DNA of 64,000 bases from Macrostomum hystrix. Its lineage: Eukaryota > Animalia > Platyhelminthes. The notes beneath the pieces were generated by a model, which worked only from the letters and a program-made list of their open reading frames with translations, ran no database searches and had not been told where the DNA came from. Below, one piece after another: positions 37,344 to 49,714 of this stretch. The translations under genes and the position numbers were made by a program. The stretch covers positions 3,038,001 to 3,102,000 of the forward strand of contig CATNEN010000039.1 of the NCBI GenBank assembly GCA_950097015.1. Reading direction: 5' to 3'. Position 1 is the stretch's first letter; every line of letters starts with the position of its first letter.

Positions 37344-37789
37344 ACGCCTTCGGACCTTCAGGATCGGGCACAATGTCGCGCAGTCGCGTGCTGATTTTGA
37401 GGCCATTCAGAGAAGCGAGCTTCATTTTTTGGCTACTTTTTTCACTGTCCTCTTGCAACTGGCTTTCTTTGATTTTGTTGTTTCCTTAATTGTTTTGCTG
37501 TGAAAATGCATTGCGATCAGAGCACATTTATTTAGATGGCAATGGTAACTGGCCTGTCAGCCATCTTGCTCCGCTTATTCAATACTTGTGATTCGTGCAC
37601 GGAGACAGAAGCCAAGGTGCGAGAAGTGAAACAAATGAGAACTAAATATATTTTAAGGGAGTGGGAGGAAGGGAGTGGGATGAAGGGGTCGGGATGAAGG
37701 GAAATAGATAAAGGCAGGGGGTGTAGGGATAGGAATGAAGAAAGGGGGATGAAGGGAGACGCAGTGAAGGGCGAGGAATTGAAGGGATT

Positions 37790-38365
37790 GGCAGTGATAG
37801 GAGAGGCAGTGATAGGAGAGGCAGTGATAGGGGAGGGACAGTGAAGTGAGGGGCAGTGAAGGGAGGGGCAGTGAAGTGAGAGGCAGTTAAGGGAGGGGCA
37901 GTAAAGGGAGAAGCAGTGAAGGGATAGGCAGTGAAGGGAGGGGCAGTGAAGGGAGGGGCAGTGAAGGTAGAGGCAGTGAAGGGAGGGGCAGTGAAGGTAG
38001 AGGTAGTGAAAGGAGGGGCAGTGAAGGGAGAGGCAGTGAAGGGAGGGGCAGTGAAGGTAGAGGTAGTGAAAGGAGGGGCAGTGAAGGGAGGGGCAGTGAA
38101 GGGAGGGGCAGTGAAGGGAGAGGCAGTGAAGGTAGAGGTAGTGAAAGGAGGGGCAGTGAAGGGAGGGGCAGTAAAGGGAGGGGCAGTGAAGGGAGGGGCA
38201 GTGAAAGGAGGGGCAGTGAAGGGAGAGGCAGTGAAGGGAGGGGCAGTGAAGGGAGGGGCAGTGAAGGGAGGGGCAGTGAAGGGAGAGGCAGTGAAGGGAG
38301 AGGCAGTGAAGGGAGAGGCAGTGAAGGGAGAGGCAGTGAAGGGAGAGGCAGTGAAGGGAGAGGTA
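37790..38365. repeat. 15-bp purine-rich minisatellite
   Basis: GTGAAGGGAGGGGCA units. Confidence 0.93.
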
Positions 38366-38560
38366 GATGAGCTGAAGTCAGCATTCGTGAAGCAAATCCT
38401 CATAAGTGCTGCAAACTCAATGCAGCTCAAAGTTCAGAGACCAAAACCAGTTCAATGGATGCAGTACCAAATAATGCACTGTATATTTGTCTAATCAGCT
38501 TGACTTCAAACTTTTGTGCAAAGTGTCACGCAGCCACCAGAGTCAAAGGTGGTCATCGCA

Positions 38561-38776
38561 TCAGCGCCTGGGCCTCCCGCCGTCGTACAGCCTGTTCTGC
38601 CTGCGGTCGCCGCTGTCTCGCTTGTTGCAGTAGCCGCTGCTTCGCTTGCTGCACCAGGTCGCATCGCGTCGTCGATCATCAGGTTTGTCGTCGCCTTCGT
38701 CCTCGGCGGCGCAGAGGTCGACGAAGAGGACAGTCGTCAGGCCGACGAGCAGCAGCGTGAGCCACAGCTTGGACAT
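38561..38776 (-). CDS. Small secreted prepropeptide candidate (71 aa)
   Basis: MSKLWLTLLLVGLTTVLFVDLCAA signal-peptide-like segment, acidic spacer, RRR/KR/RR sites, two Cys in the predicted mature region. GC-rich like neighbouring exons; TATA-like CATAAAAA about 105 bp upstream. Confidence 0.6.
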   Translation of the reverse strand: MSKLWLTLLLVGLTTVLFVDLCAAEDEGDDKPDDRRRDATWCSKRSSGYCNKRDSGDRRQNRLYDGGRPRR

Positions 38777-39184
38777 TGTGCTGGCAAGTAATTGTCCAGT
38801 TGATTGACACAAAGTTTTCTCAGCAAGGATAATTTTTTCGGAATGTGGTGAGTCGCATTAAGAGCGGTTTCTGTGGCATTTTTATGCTGCATAAACTGCG
38901 AGCTGACACCGGAACTACCACACCTGACACGGCGGATCTGTGTCAACCTGGGATTATTGCAAACGTGTGTTGAGCTCAACCTTCCACTGTGGTGTCGGGC
39001 AGTTTTGTAAGAAAATACTTCCAATACACAGTAACAGTGACAATACACAGTCAACTGCTGCAACTTGTTTGTGTAGATTAACAAGATTCCAACAAATTCA
39101 CACAGCTCAAACTTTCGCGTTTGAGCCCAATCCTTGAATGAAAAATGCTGCCTTTAACAAAGCATCGAAGCATCGGAATTTAGG

Positions 39185-39485
39185 AGGGTGAAGGGAGGTG
39201 GTGTGAAGGGAGAGAGTGAAGGATGGGGGTGAAGGGAGAGGGTGAAGGGAGAGGGTGAAGGGAGAGTGGTGAAGGGATGGGAGTGGGGTGAATATAGGGG
39301 GTGAAGGGAGGGGTAGTGAAGGGAGGGGTAGTGAAGGGAGGGGTAGTGAAGGGAGGGCTAGTGAAGGGAGGGGTAGTGAAGGGAGGGGTAGTGAAGGGAG
39401 GGGTAGGGAAGGGAGGGTAGTGAAGGGAGGGGTAGTGAAGGGAGGGCTAGTGAAGGGAGGAGATTAAGGGATAGGGAGTGAAGGA
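39185..39485. repeat. 15-bp purine-rich minisatellite
   Basis: GTGAAGGGAGGGGTA units. Confidence 0.9.
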
Positions 39486-39993
39486 AAGGGATAGAGTGAG
39501 GATGAGAAGAAAATGCGAAGAAAGAAGGCAGAAAGTGTTTGAGAATTAATCGAGTTTAACTGATACAAAGCAAAGTAGAGAATTCGGTAAATCGAAGTGA
39601 ATTAGCACAATTTTTTCGGTGGCTGGCTCGCTATATAGTCACGAGAGTAGTAATGTAAGGATTTTTGTTAAAAAAACGTACGAAAAATGGCTGATCAATC
39701 ACAGTTACAGAATCTGATAAAAGTATAGAGATATATATCGGATATCGTTAATATGTCGCTATATTTCGAATTTCTTGTCGCATAAGCCAGGTTACAAGAC
39801 AACAAGCATGCGACTATCTACACAATAGTGCACAACACTGAAATTGTTAGATAACAGAACAGAATAATTTACAGGTGCACAAAGCGCAATTTTCAACTTT
39901 CTGTAAGTTTTTTTGTTAACTTCATGCAAAGACAGCGGGAGACGCACTTATATGACGCACTGATGTTGCCATGACAACAGCTGGGCCAATCGA

Positions 39994-42900
39994 TCAAGCC
40001 ACCAGCTCGCCGTGAAGCTGCTCGGCGGTTGCCGCAGCGCCGAAGAACTGCTGCATCAGACCTGCGGCGGCCCGCTGCTGCTGCAGCTGCTGCGCCGACA
40101 TTGGCGAGTTCGACTTCGATTCGAAGGAGGACTCGTCAAGGAGCTGCACTGTATCTAGCCGCTTTGCTGCAGACTGCCGCTGCTGCTGCTGCTGCTGATG
40201 AGCGCACGAGCTGCCACCGTCGCTGCCGCAGCCGCTGCCGTCGCCAGGCCCTGTTCGCTCTGTCTTCTTCTTGCGCGCCCGGGCGTTCTGGAACCAGACC
40301 TGAGTGACGCGCTTGTTTAGCTGGGCCCGCTGGGCGATCTTCTCCAGGTCCGCGCCATCCGGGTTGTGGTCCAGGTCGAAGTGAGTCTGCAGGATGTGCA
40401 GCTGCTCGGGCGTGAAGCTGGTGCGAACACGCTTCGACTTCTGGCGACCTGAGCCATCGAAGCCTTGGAAGGAGGTGCAGGCGGAGGATGAGCTTAATAA
40501 ACTGCTGATAGAAGGGCATTGTGTAACAGGATTGTGCTCCTGTCTAACAGGATAGTTCTCATCTAACAGGATAGTTCTTGTCTAACAGGATAGTTCTCAT
40601 CTAACAGGATAGTTCTTGTCTAACAGGATAGTTCTTGTCTAACAGGATAGTTCTCATCTAACAGGATAGTTCTCATCTAACAGGATAGTTCTTGTCTAAC
40701 AGGATAGTTCTTGTCTAACAGGATAGTTCTCATCTAACAGGATAGTTCTTATCAGGATAGGTTTAGTAAATTAAATTATAAATTTCCAAGAAATGTTTCA
40801 TCCCTCTTTCACTACTACTCGGGCTATTCTGGACAGTAGTATAATTTAATTAATTACGCAAACTTATTGACAAAACAATGAAGCGGAAAAATTTAAAATA
40901 AGCTCTTTGCTGACTTTCTTTACAAGCTTAATTAGCGAAACATTTGTTTGCTTCACTCCGGCAATAATGAAAACTTATTTCCCCAGAGGGCCCAACTCCG
41001 AAATAGTTTAAATCCACGGCTATGCCATCAGCACTGACCGGGCACATGAGCAAACTCATTTTCAAGTGGACTCAAAAGCATGCAATTCTTTTAGTTGGGC
41101 TGGCGGGCAGCTCTCATTGATACGAGCTGTGATTTTGTTAGCCAGGACCCTCTGGCCAAATTGAATTTCTGGAAGCTCTGGTCGACTGGCTCCCGTGAGC
41201 AGAGCTCGAACGCTAGAGTGAGTCCAGAGGATTTGGCTAATTTAGTTAGCTGGCAACTTTCGCTTCCTGCTGCATATGCCTGTCTCATCTGCGTGTCCAC
41301 AGCGCCAGTTCTAGGTTTCTCTTTTCACCAACCCAATCTACCTTAGCTAAGCTTATTGAGAAAAACTTCCCTTTGAACTATCTATCAGACTCTGAGAATC
41401 TACTTCTCAACCAATCTCACCCTTAGAGAATCTACTTCTCAACAAATATCACCCTTAGAGAATCCAATTCTCAACAAATATCACCCTTAGAGAATCTACT
41501 TCTCAACCAATCTCACCCTTAGCGAATCTACTTCTCAATTAATCTCATCCTTAGAAAGTCTACTTCTCAACCAATCTCACCCCTAGAGAATCTACTTCTC
41601 AACCAATCTCACCCCTAGAGAATCTACTTCTCAACCAATCTCACCCTTAGAGAATCTACTTCTCAACCAATCTCACCCATAGAGAATCTAATTCTCATCC
41701 AAATTCACCCTAAAATAGTCTAAATCTCAACCAAATTCACGCTGAGAATCTATACTTTTCAGTTAATCTCACCCCTAGAGAATCTACTTCTCAACCAATC
41801 TCACCCTTAGAGAATCTACTTCTCAACCAATCTCACCCATAGAGAATCTAATTCTCATCCAAATTCACCCTAAAATAGTCTAAATCTCAACCAAATTCAC
41901 GCTGAGAATCTATACTTCTCAGTTAATCTCACCCCTAGAGAATCTACTTCTCAACCAATCTCACCCTTAGAGAATCTACTTCTCAACCAATCTCACCCAT
42001 AGAGAATCTAATTCTCATCCAAATTCACCCTAAAATAATATACATCTCAACTAAATTCACGCTGAGAATCTACTTCTCAATTAATCTCACCCCTAGAGAA
42101 TCTACTTCTCAACCAATCTCACCCTTAGAGAATCTACTACTCAATTAATCTCACCCCTAGAGATTCTACTTCTGCAGCAGTAAAAGGCTCGCGACCAAAA
42201 GGCAAATTTCGCTATTTCCGGAATCGAGAAACTCCATAAAGCCGCAATCATGCTGCACAAAGTTGTAATCGGTGGAAATTGCGCTTTGCTTGAATGCCAA
42301 CAGCCCAAGCAGATAGTATTTGGGGCCTATGCAGTCAATTCCCTGGAGTCCTTGGCGCGAACTCGCTCAACACTTCAAGCGGCAAGTAAGCTCACAGCAG
42401 TCTTCTTCACTCTTCAGTTATGCTCACTCTTGCCCTGCTCTGGGATTTTTCAACATCGCGTAAGTCCCCTGAGGGACACGAGGCCACGCCGGGCAGTCGA
42501 TGGCTTCGCGCGGTCGATTGCGAACCCTTCGAGACCCGCTGACTTCAGCTACTCGGCTGGGACGATTTGGCCATGCTCGTGGCCTGCTATTAGGGGGGCG
42601 GCCTGGCGGGAACCAAAAACACTTTCTTTTCCCGGGGCTTGACTGGCACAGTAATTGGGCGGGTCTTCCGCTCCGTTTTTCTTGCTCAGAAGAAGCAGAT
42701 TTCGCAGGAGAAATCAGTGTCTTGTTCGCGTCTTTCAACTCTTTGCAAGGGTAATTGTCCGGCGGAGTGAACAGCGGGGACCTCGAACCTCCGCGCCTAA
42801 TTTGACCCTCCCAAATCGCAGCATTTCTGACCACCGGATGCCGCCGCTGATCCTCTAATTACCGAGCCTATCGCTCTAGGAAAAAGGAGACAGCGGAGAA

Positions 42901-45744
42901 TGAAACGGAACTTGGAATTTCAATTGCTATCTAAAAGGGGAGTTTTTCCCTTCTGACCCGGCATCCTTTCTCCTCATCTTCCAGCGCAGCCCCCCGCTGA
43001 GACGGTCTCCGCGGCGAGACCGCATCGCCTAAAATTGGCCCCTTGCCTCTGGCGTAGAGCTAATGCTGAGTTGCCTGAGACCTCACCGCCAGCCACCCAA
43101 CCCCCCCCCCCCGCCGAGAGGAACAATACCGCACAGCTGGGCCATTGCGAAATCCTCACCCAGCTGAATGCCGTGGATTGCGTCAGTTGAAGGGGCCATT
43201 GCGGCTAGTGCTGTCTGTGGCAGCATTTTAGCACCTTGTGTTGCTACAATACTTTGATGTCAGGGGAGTTATATTCTCACTGCAGCAATGATCACAAATC
43301 CTCAGGGCAATCCCAGGATGACTCACTGTCACCGGAGCTGCCTGTGATGGTCTCCAGGTAGTGCATCTTGCACATGAGCTTGTCCTCCAGCATGGCGCAC
43401 TCCTCACCCTGGCTGAGTTGGCGCTGGCACACCGAGCAGGCAAAGCAGCTGAGGTGGAACGGCAGCGAGTTGAGCTTGTGCACCCAGGAGTCTGACGTCA
43501 CCCGCATGCCACAGCCGTGGCAGTGGCTCAGGCGGTGAGCGCACCCGGGGCACAGCAGCGAGGAACTCGACTGCCCGCCGCCCAGCCAGCACTTTTTGTC
43601 CCGCTCCGTCACCTGGCGTTGGCAGTGCGAGCACACCAGACAGGTCACGTGATAGTATTCCAGGAAATTGACGCAAAATTCGCCGCCTCCGTCGTCATCG
43701 TCGTCGTCTTCAACGACCAGCGAGCCGAATCTGGTGAAGAGAGAGCGGAAGTCTGTTTGTTCTGATCGTCCCAATCTGGTCATTGGGGCTATAGTTCCCA
43801 ATCTGGTCATTGGAGCTATAATAGTCCCCAATCTGGTCATTGGAGCTATAATAGTTCCCAATCTGGTCATTGGAGCTATAATAGTTTCCAATCTGGTCAT
43901 TGGAGCTATAATAGTTCCCAATCTGGTCATTGGAGCTATAATAGTTCTTAATCTGGTCATTGGAGCTATAATAGTTCCCAATCTGGTCATTGGAGCTATA
44001 ATAGTCCCCAATCTGGTCATTGGAGCTATAGGACTACCTGTCTCCCAATTTTAACTGTCTTCTGCATTTGAACTACCAGTTTCCATGGCAACAAGCTTTG
44101 ATTGTCGGTCAACTCACTTGACAGCAGGTCGCTTCAGCGCCATCAGTTGGCAGTCGACGATGGAAAGGCCGCAGGCGGAGCAGATTGGCGGATGCAGCAG
44201 GTTCACCTGCGGGATTTCGATTGCGTCATCAACTGTTATGAGCGCTTTGCTCAAACCAGTTTTTCAAGATTGTCTCCCAGTTGGGGAGTGAAAGTTTGAT
44301 GACTCTACAGACAAGAGCCCCTGAGCTTACTGACTGAGATTCAGACAAAGGTAGGGGTAGGGATGCAGTGAGCAGTCGGTGGCCACTTATGAACGAGCGA
44401 CCACCTGAGCACAGGGCTTGTCCGGTTTCCGTGCAGAATTTCGAATTTTGATTGTTGCGAAACTTTGGTGCGGCCTGTCGCCCCAGCAACGCAGGCTAAG
44501 CGACAGAAACCAAAATCTACTAGACATTTCAGGCCTCGTACTTGCAACACCAGTTACGTCATCGGCTGTGACAAAAACTGCAACGGCACGAGGCCCCGCG
44601 CGACTTCAAGTGCTAGCTTAATCTCCCATTTATGAATTCCCGGCGACAAAAGGGGGCTAATGAGAGAGCAGCCCTCTGCAATGGTCCCATGTAGCATATG
44701 AGGAACTTGTTGAATTATATCCCCACTATCTGAGGAGTGAAGTGCTCAGGAATTTATTTCTTTCTTCCGGTTTTCGGACTGAAGAGTCGAGCGGAAGTGG
44801 TGATAACTTTTCTAAGAACACATGCACGGGCTTAACTGAGTCCTGCAGCTCATTGTGCGGATGTGGCAACTGAATTTTAATCCGACTTGTTAAGCACCAT
44901 CGAGATTGAAGCCATCAAAAACTCGCACACGCTTCACTGACCAGTCAGTCTGCTGGCAATAATGCAAGGAAGGCTGTGATGCGAGCTCCGAGCTCCAGAC
45001 GGAGAGGTCCGGGTTCAAATCTCAGACAAGGGAAAATGAAGATGGGGTGTAATGAAGATAGGGTGTAATGAAGATAGGGTGTAATGAAGATAGGGTGTAA
45101 TGAAGATAGGGTGTAATGAAGATAGGGTGTAATGAAGATAGGGTGTAATGAAGATAGGGTGTAATGAAGATAGGGTGTAATGAAGATAGGGTGTAATGAA
45201 GATAGGGTGTAATGAAGATAGGGTGTAATGAAGATAGGGTGTAATGAAGATAGGGTGTAATGAAGATAGGGTGTAATGAAGATAGGGTGTAATGAAGATA
45301 GGGTGTAATGAAGATAGGGTGTAATGAAGATAGGGTGTAATGAAGATAGGGTGTAATGAAGATAGGGTGTAATGAAGATAGGGTGTAATGAAGATAGGGT
45401 GTAATGAAGATAGGGTGTAATGAAGATAGGGTGTAATGAAGATAGGGTGTAATGAAGCAAGAACTTACTTTCAACACTTTGGCAGGCGGCGGCTGTCCTT
45501 CAGCGTCGGTGACGCCATCGCCGGCCTCGTCGCCTGCAGCCGTCGAGTCGTCCGCGCGCAGCCGTTTGCCGCCGCCTACGCCTTCGCCGCTGCTGCGGCA
45601 GCCCCCGTTGAAGCTGGAGGCGCAGCTGACTGCCGGGCTGGCTGGCATGCTGTCTCCATCGCTGCCAGAGGCAACGGAATCATCGTCCGGCTGAGCTCCC
45701 ATGCCGCCAGTGGAGGTCGATGTTTCGAATCCGCACAGAGTCAT
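39994..45744 (-). CDS. Lhx6/8: LIM-homeobox transcription factor, Arrowhead/Lhx6/8 class
   Basis: Exons 45744-45469, 44206-44118, 43730-43327, 40463-39994. Two LIM domains (CSAC...HVTCLVCSHC; CHGC...FHLSCFACSVCQRQL...CKMHY) and homeodomain KRVRTSFTPEQLHILQTHFDLDHNPDGADLEKIAQRAQLNKRVTQVWFQNARARKKK. First exon less certain. Confidence 0.9.
40540..40760. repeat. 19-bp minisatellite
   Basis: TCTAACAGGATAGTTCT(TG/CA) units. Confidence 0.92.
41392..42172. repeat. 32-bp minisatellite with higher-order block
   Basis: AGAGAATCTACTTCTCAACCAATCTCACCCTT units. Confidence 0.92.
43770..44030. repeat. 30-bp minisatellite
   Basis: CCCAATCTGGTCATTGGAGCTATAATAGTT units. Confidence 0.94.
45035..45457. repeat. 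16-bp near-perfect minisatellite
   Basis: TAGGGTGTAATGAAGA units. Confidence 0.96.
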
Positions 45745-46479
45745 TTCGATGTTTCTCAGTGAAACAATCAACTCAAAGCTCTGAAGATTAAGCAGGGCAG
45801 GCAAGCCGTTTCAGATGCCTTTTCTACGCGCCTCGGGCTCACGATCTGCCGCGAGGGTGGCGGGCAGGGAGGAGGGGTGGCTACCGCGGCCAGCCAATAA
45901 GCGAGTGGCGCAGTGGCTCCCAGGCCCAATTGGGCGAGTTCTGTTTGAGCACATCTGGCCGGCCTGAGCAATTATTGATGCGCGGAGCAGGTTTTGCGCT
46001 GTCGCACCCCCCGTCCCTACCGTCACTTACGGCGGCACCGATTGATCTGCTGCTCTTTTGATGCCAGGTGTCAGCGGCCGGCAGGGTGGCTGCGCATTTC
46101 ATGAAGAGGTTTTCGCTTGCTAAGCGGCGTCAGGTTGGCATGGCGCATTTCAAAGGCTATTTTTGCGTTCACCTGTGATTGACAGCTTTTTTTGCTTGCT
46201 TGAGAACAGCTTGGCAGCTCGGCCAACCCCGCCCCGATACCAATTATCAGATGCGAATTACAGGTGCCACATTGTTACACCTGCTCCTAGCTCACTGCTG
46301 CAAGAAACTTTGCTTTTAATGTAAAGAGTACACTTTATGTTTACTGCCTTCTTTACTCTCGTTTTCTACTCTCTACTCTTCTTACCTTCCCAACTCTCTT
46401 TTTATGTTCGATCACATCACCCACTCTACCTCATTATCTACTACGAGCTATATATAGCTGATTAAAAATGCCCCAATTG

Positions 46480-46756
46480 GGCCAGATGTGCAGCCGACAG
46501 CACACAGCCGCAGCAATTGCGCGGCGCATCTGAAGGTTGCGTACGGCTGTTCAGTCCATGGACTGGGGGGACGCCACACCCACCCTCAATTACCCCTGCA
46601 GCTAATGTTGATACCTAGCTCGTATTTAACAGCTGGGTGAGCTGAAGCAGTGCAAAGTGTCTTGCAAAAGGACACAAATTATTCAGTGAATCGGGAATCG
46701 AACCCCCGACCATTAAGTCGTGAGTCCGACGCTCGAACCACTTGGCTACAAGCCCC
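46480..46756 (-). mobile_element. tRNA-derived CORE-like SINE
   Basis: GGGCTTGTAGCCAAGTGG...GGTTCGATTCCC head, then TGTGTCCTTTTGCAAGACACTT...CACCCAGCTGTTAAAT. 3' boundary uncertain. Confidence 0.75.
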
Positions 46757-47369
46757 TACTTGATTCGATTCGATTGCACTCTTCTTCACAATAATTAAAT
46801 TAACAGAATCGTGCATCGAGTTGAGAAAATATTGTTTTAAAGGGAGCCGCAGACTCAAAGTGTGCTCAATTGAGCAGTCAGAGATTTATCTCTGATGCTA
46901 TGAAGTATGAAGTAAAATGCTGCTTCAAAAACTGCTATAGCTATACTAGTATAGCATAATTAACTAGATTTCGCATGCGCCTTCGATGGGCCCCGATTCC
47001 TGACCTGGCAGACAGTTCCAGTGCCTTTGACCTCCAATAGCCGACCGTCGACTGTCTTCCCGTCGAGTCTCCGCCACATTTTCGTCTGTCTCAGCACGCG
47101 ACTCCGGGCTTCTTACATGTGGCCTCATCTGGTATGCAAATTCAATACAACCAGCTCAACCGCTTCGCTTCCCCTGGCCGAGTCTTATTGAGTCTTGCAC
47201 AATCATTGCTGCTGCTGCTGCTGCGGGGTGATGCCGCCGCTTTGCATGCAGAGGTATATAAGAGGGAGTTTATAGATGTTACCCACAGCACATTTGTGGG
47301 TGGGTTCGATTTACGCTCAAATGCCTTAGTAATGAGGATGTGTAGTTTGAGGATGTGTAGGTAATGTGT

Positions 47370-47985
47370 AGGAGAGATGAAACATGGTAGAGATGAAACA
47401 CGGGAGAGATGAAACATGAGAGAGATGAGACACGGGAGAGATGAGACACGAGATGAAACACGGGAGAGATGAAAAACGGGAGAGATGAAACACGGGAGAG
47501 ATGAAACACGGGAGAGATGAAACACGGGAGAGATGAGACACGGGAGAAATGGGACACGGGAGAGATGAGACACGGGAGAAATGGGACACGGGAGAGATGA
47601 GACACGGAAGAGATGAGACACGGAAGAGATGAGACACGGAAGAGATGAGACCGGGGAGATGAGACACGGAAGAGATGAGACACGGAAGAGATGAGACACG
47701 GAAGAGATGAGACACGGAAGAGATGAGACACGGAAGAGATGAGACACGGAAGAGATGAGACACGGAAGAGATGAGACACGGAAGAGATGAGACACGGAAG
47801 AGATGAGACACGGAAGAGATGAGACCGGGGAGATGAGACACGGAAGAGATGAGACACGGAAGAGATGAGACACGGAAGAGATGAGACACGGAAGAGATGA
47901 GACACGGAAGAGATGAGACACGGAAGAGATGAGACACGGAAGAGATGAGACACGGAAGAGATGAGACCGGGGAGATGAGACCGGC
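47370..47985. repeat. 16-bp GA-rich minisatellite
   Basis: GAGACACGGAAGAGAT units; same family as 18866 and 20630. Confidence 0.94.
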
Positions 47986-48629
47986 ACGAAAGAAACAATA
48001 GTTCTGTGCAAAATTCAGACTTCCATAAGATCGTGGAGGAATCACTGAGTCCCAAGTCTCCTGTTCTCACGGTTTGTCAAAGCAATCGATGATGTTTTCC
48101 TAGAGATGAGCTAAGCTAGTTAAGGAGTGCAGGGGCTGAATGACAGGAGAGATGAGACAACACGCCTTGCGCAACACCGCTCAGTGGGCTAGTCTGTCTC
48201 AGCTGTCGCCAAGCTGTTTCGGAATGCAAACACATTTTTTCCAACAATGAGCAATCATAACTGCTATGAGATTGTTATATATAAAACCGCCCCATTTGCC
48301 GGTTGTCAAGCGCATATTAATCTGCTCACAGATGAGCAAGCATGATAGCATGCAGTCCAACCATCGCCGTGAGTTTAACTGGGCGTCGATTTAAGGTAAC
48401 AGAAATGAACGGCCTGTATTTTTAATGATTTTTGCTTACTGGTCAAGCATGAAGTGGACTGTGAAGAAGAATGTGTAATTATACCTTTACAATTTGACCT
48501 TTCACGATTTCATTTTTGTATAGGCGACCTGACAATCACCTGTCATCTTGCTTCCTCTCTCCATTTTTATTCCTTAACTTCCCCCCTACATTTTCTCCAC
48601 CTTCTTATCCCCTCCCCTTCAACTCCAAA

Positions 48630-49165
48630 TCTTCTCCCGTCACCTCCCAACATTCTCCCCTCACATCCCCAACATTCTCCCCTCACCTCCCAACATTCTC
48701 CCGTCACCTCCCAACATTCTCCCCTGACCTCCCAACATTCTCCCGTCACCTCCCAACATTCTCCCGTCACCTCCTAACATTCTCCCGTCACCTCCCAATC
48801 TTCTCCCGTCACCTCCCAACATTCTCCCGTCACCTCCCAACATTCTCCCCTGACCTCCCAACATTCTCCCGTCACCTCCTAACATTCTCCCGTCACCTCC
48901 CAACATTCTCCCGTCACCTCCTAACATTCTCCCGTCACCTCCCAATCTTCTCCCGTCACCTCCCAACATTCTCCCGTCACCTTCTAACATTCTCCCGTCA
49001 CCTCCTAACATTCTCCCGTCACATCCCAATCTTCTCCCGTCACCTCCCAACATTCTCCCCTCACATCCCCAACATTCTCCCCTCACCTCCCAACATTCTC
49101 CCCTCACCTCCCAACATTCTCCCCTCACCTCCCAACATTCTCCCCTCACCTCCCAACATTCTTCA
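48630..49165. repeat. 21-bp minisatellite
   Basis: CACCTCCCAACATTCTCCCGT units. Confidence 0.94.
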
Positions 49166-49714
49166 CTCACCACCTGAAATGCTGCCCTCACCCCTTTCTT
49201 GCAAATTTTGCCTAAATAACTCAATCATTTCACTCTCTAAAACACAGTCAGTCAATAAACGAGTTACTTTTTCACAGTCGACCGAGCCTCAACAATTCAA
49301 TAGCTGACGAAGCCAAGCTGAGTAGGCTCAGAGCACAGAAGGGGCTATTGATTTTATCCACTCCAGGCACTCCACTATGATCTTCATCGTTCGCACCCTG
49401 GCCGAGAAAATACCAATGAGTAGCCCAAGATGGAGCAGGGCGGGCTGCAGCAGACTAACTCAATTGACCAGCGCATCAGAAGTGAAACACATTTTACCGC
49501 GCTTCCCGTAGCAGCTCCAGCTCTGAGAAAGCTCGCCACTCGACAGTTGAGCGGTTTTTCTTTGAAGAAGACAAAAAACACTTCACCATTGCAAGACTGG
49601 CAGCTGCCACTGCTCTTTTATAAGCCATTGAAGAAGCCACTTCTCTATGGAGAAATCCTGCAGACTGGAAATTCTGCGACAGACAGGCTTTTGCAGTGCC
49701 TTCGTGCTCCTAGA

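Noticed and set aside
45035-45457. Interstitial telomeric repeat
   Set aside because: The unit is 16 bp containing TAGGG, not tandem TTAGGG.
46685-46756. tRNA genes (also 28215-28293, 26950-27013, 44970-45025)
   Set aside because: A/B boxes are present but no convincing acceptor stem or cloverleaf, and two continue into SINE bodies; treated as SINE heads.
49303-49336. CTGACGAAGCC...GGCT possible hammerhead
   Set aside because: No GAAA or NUH after stem II.
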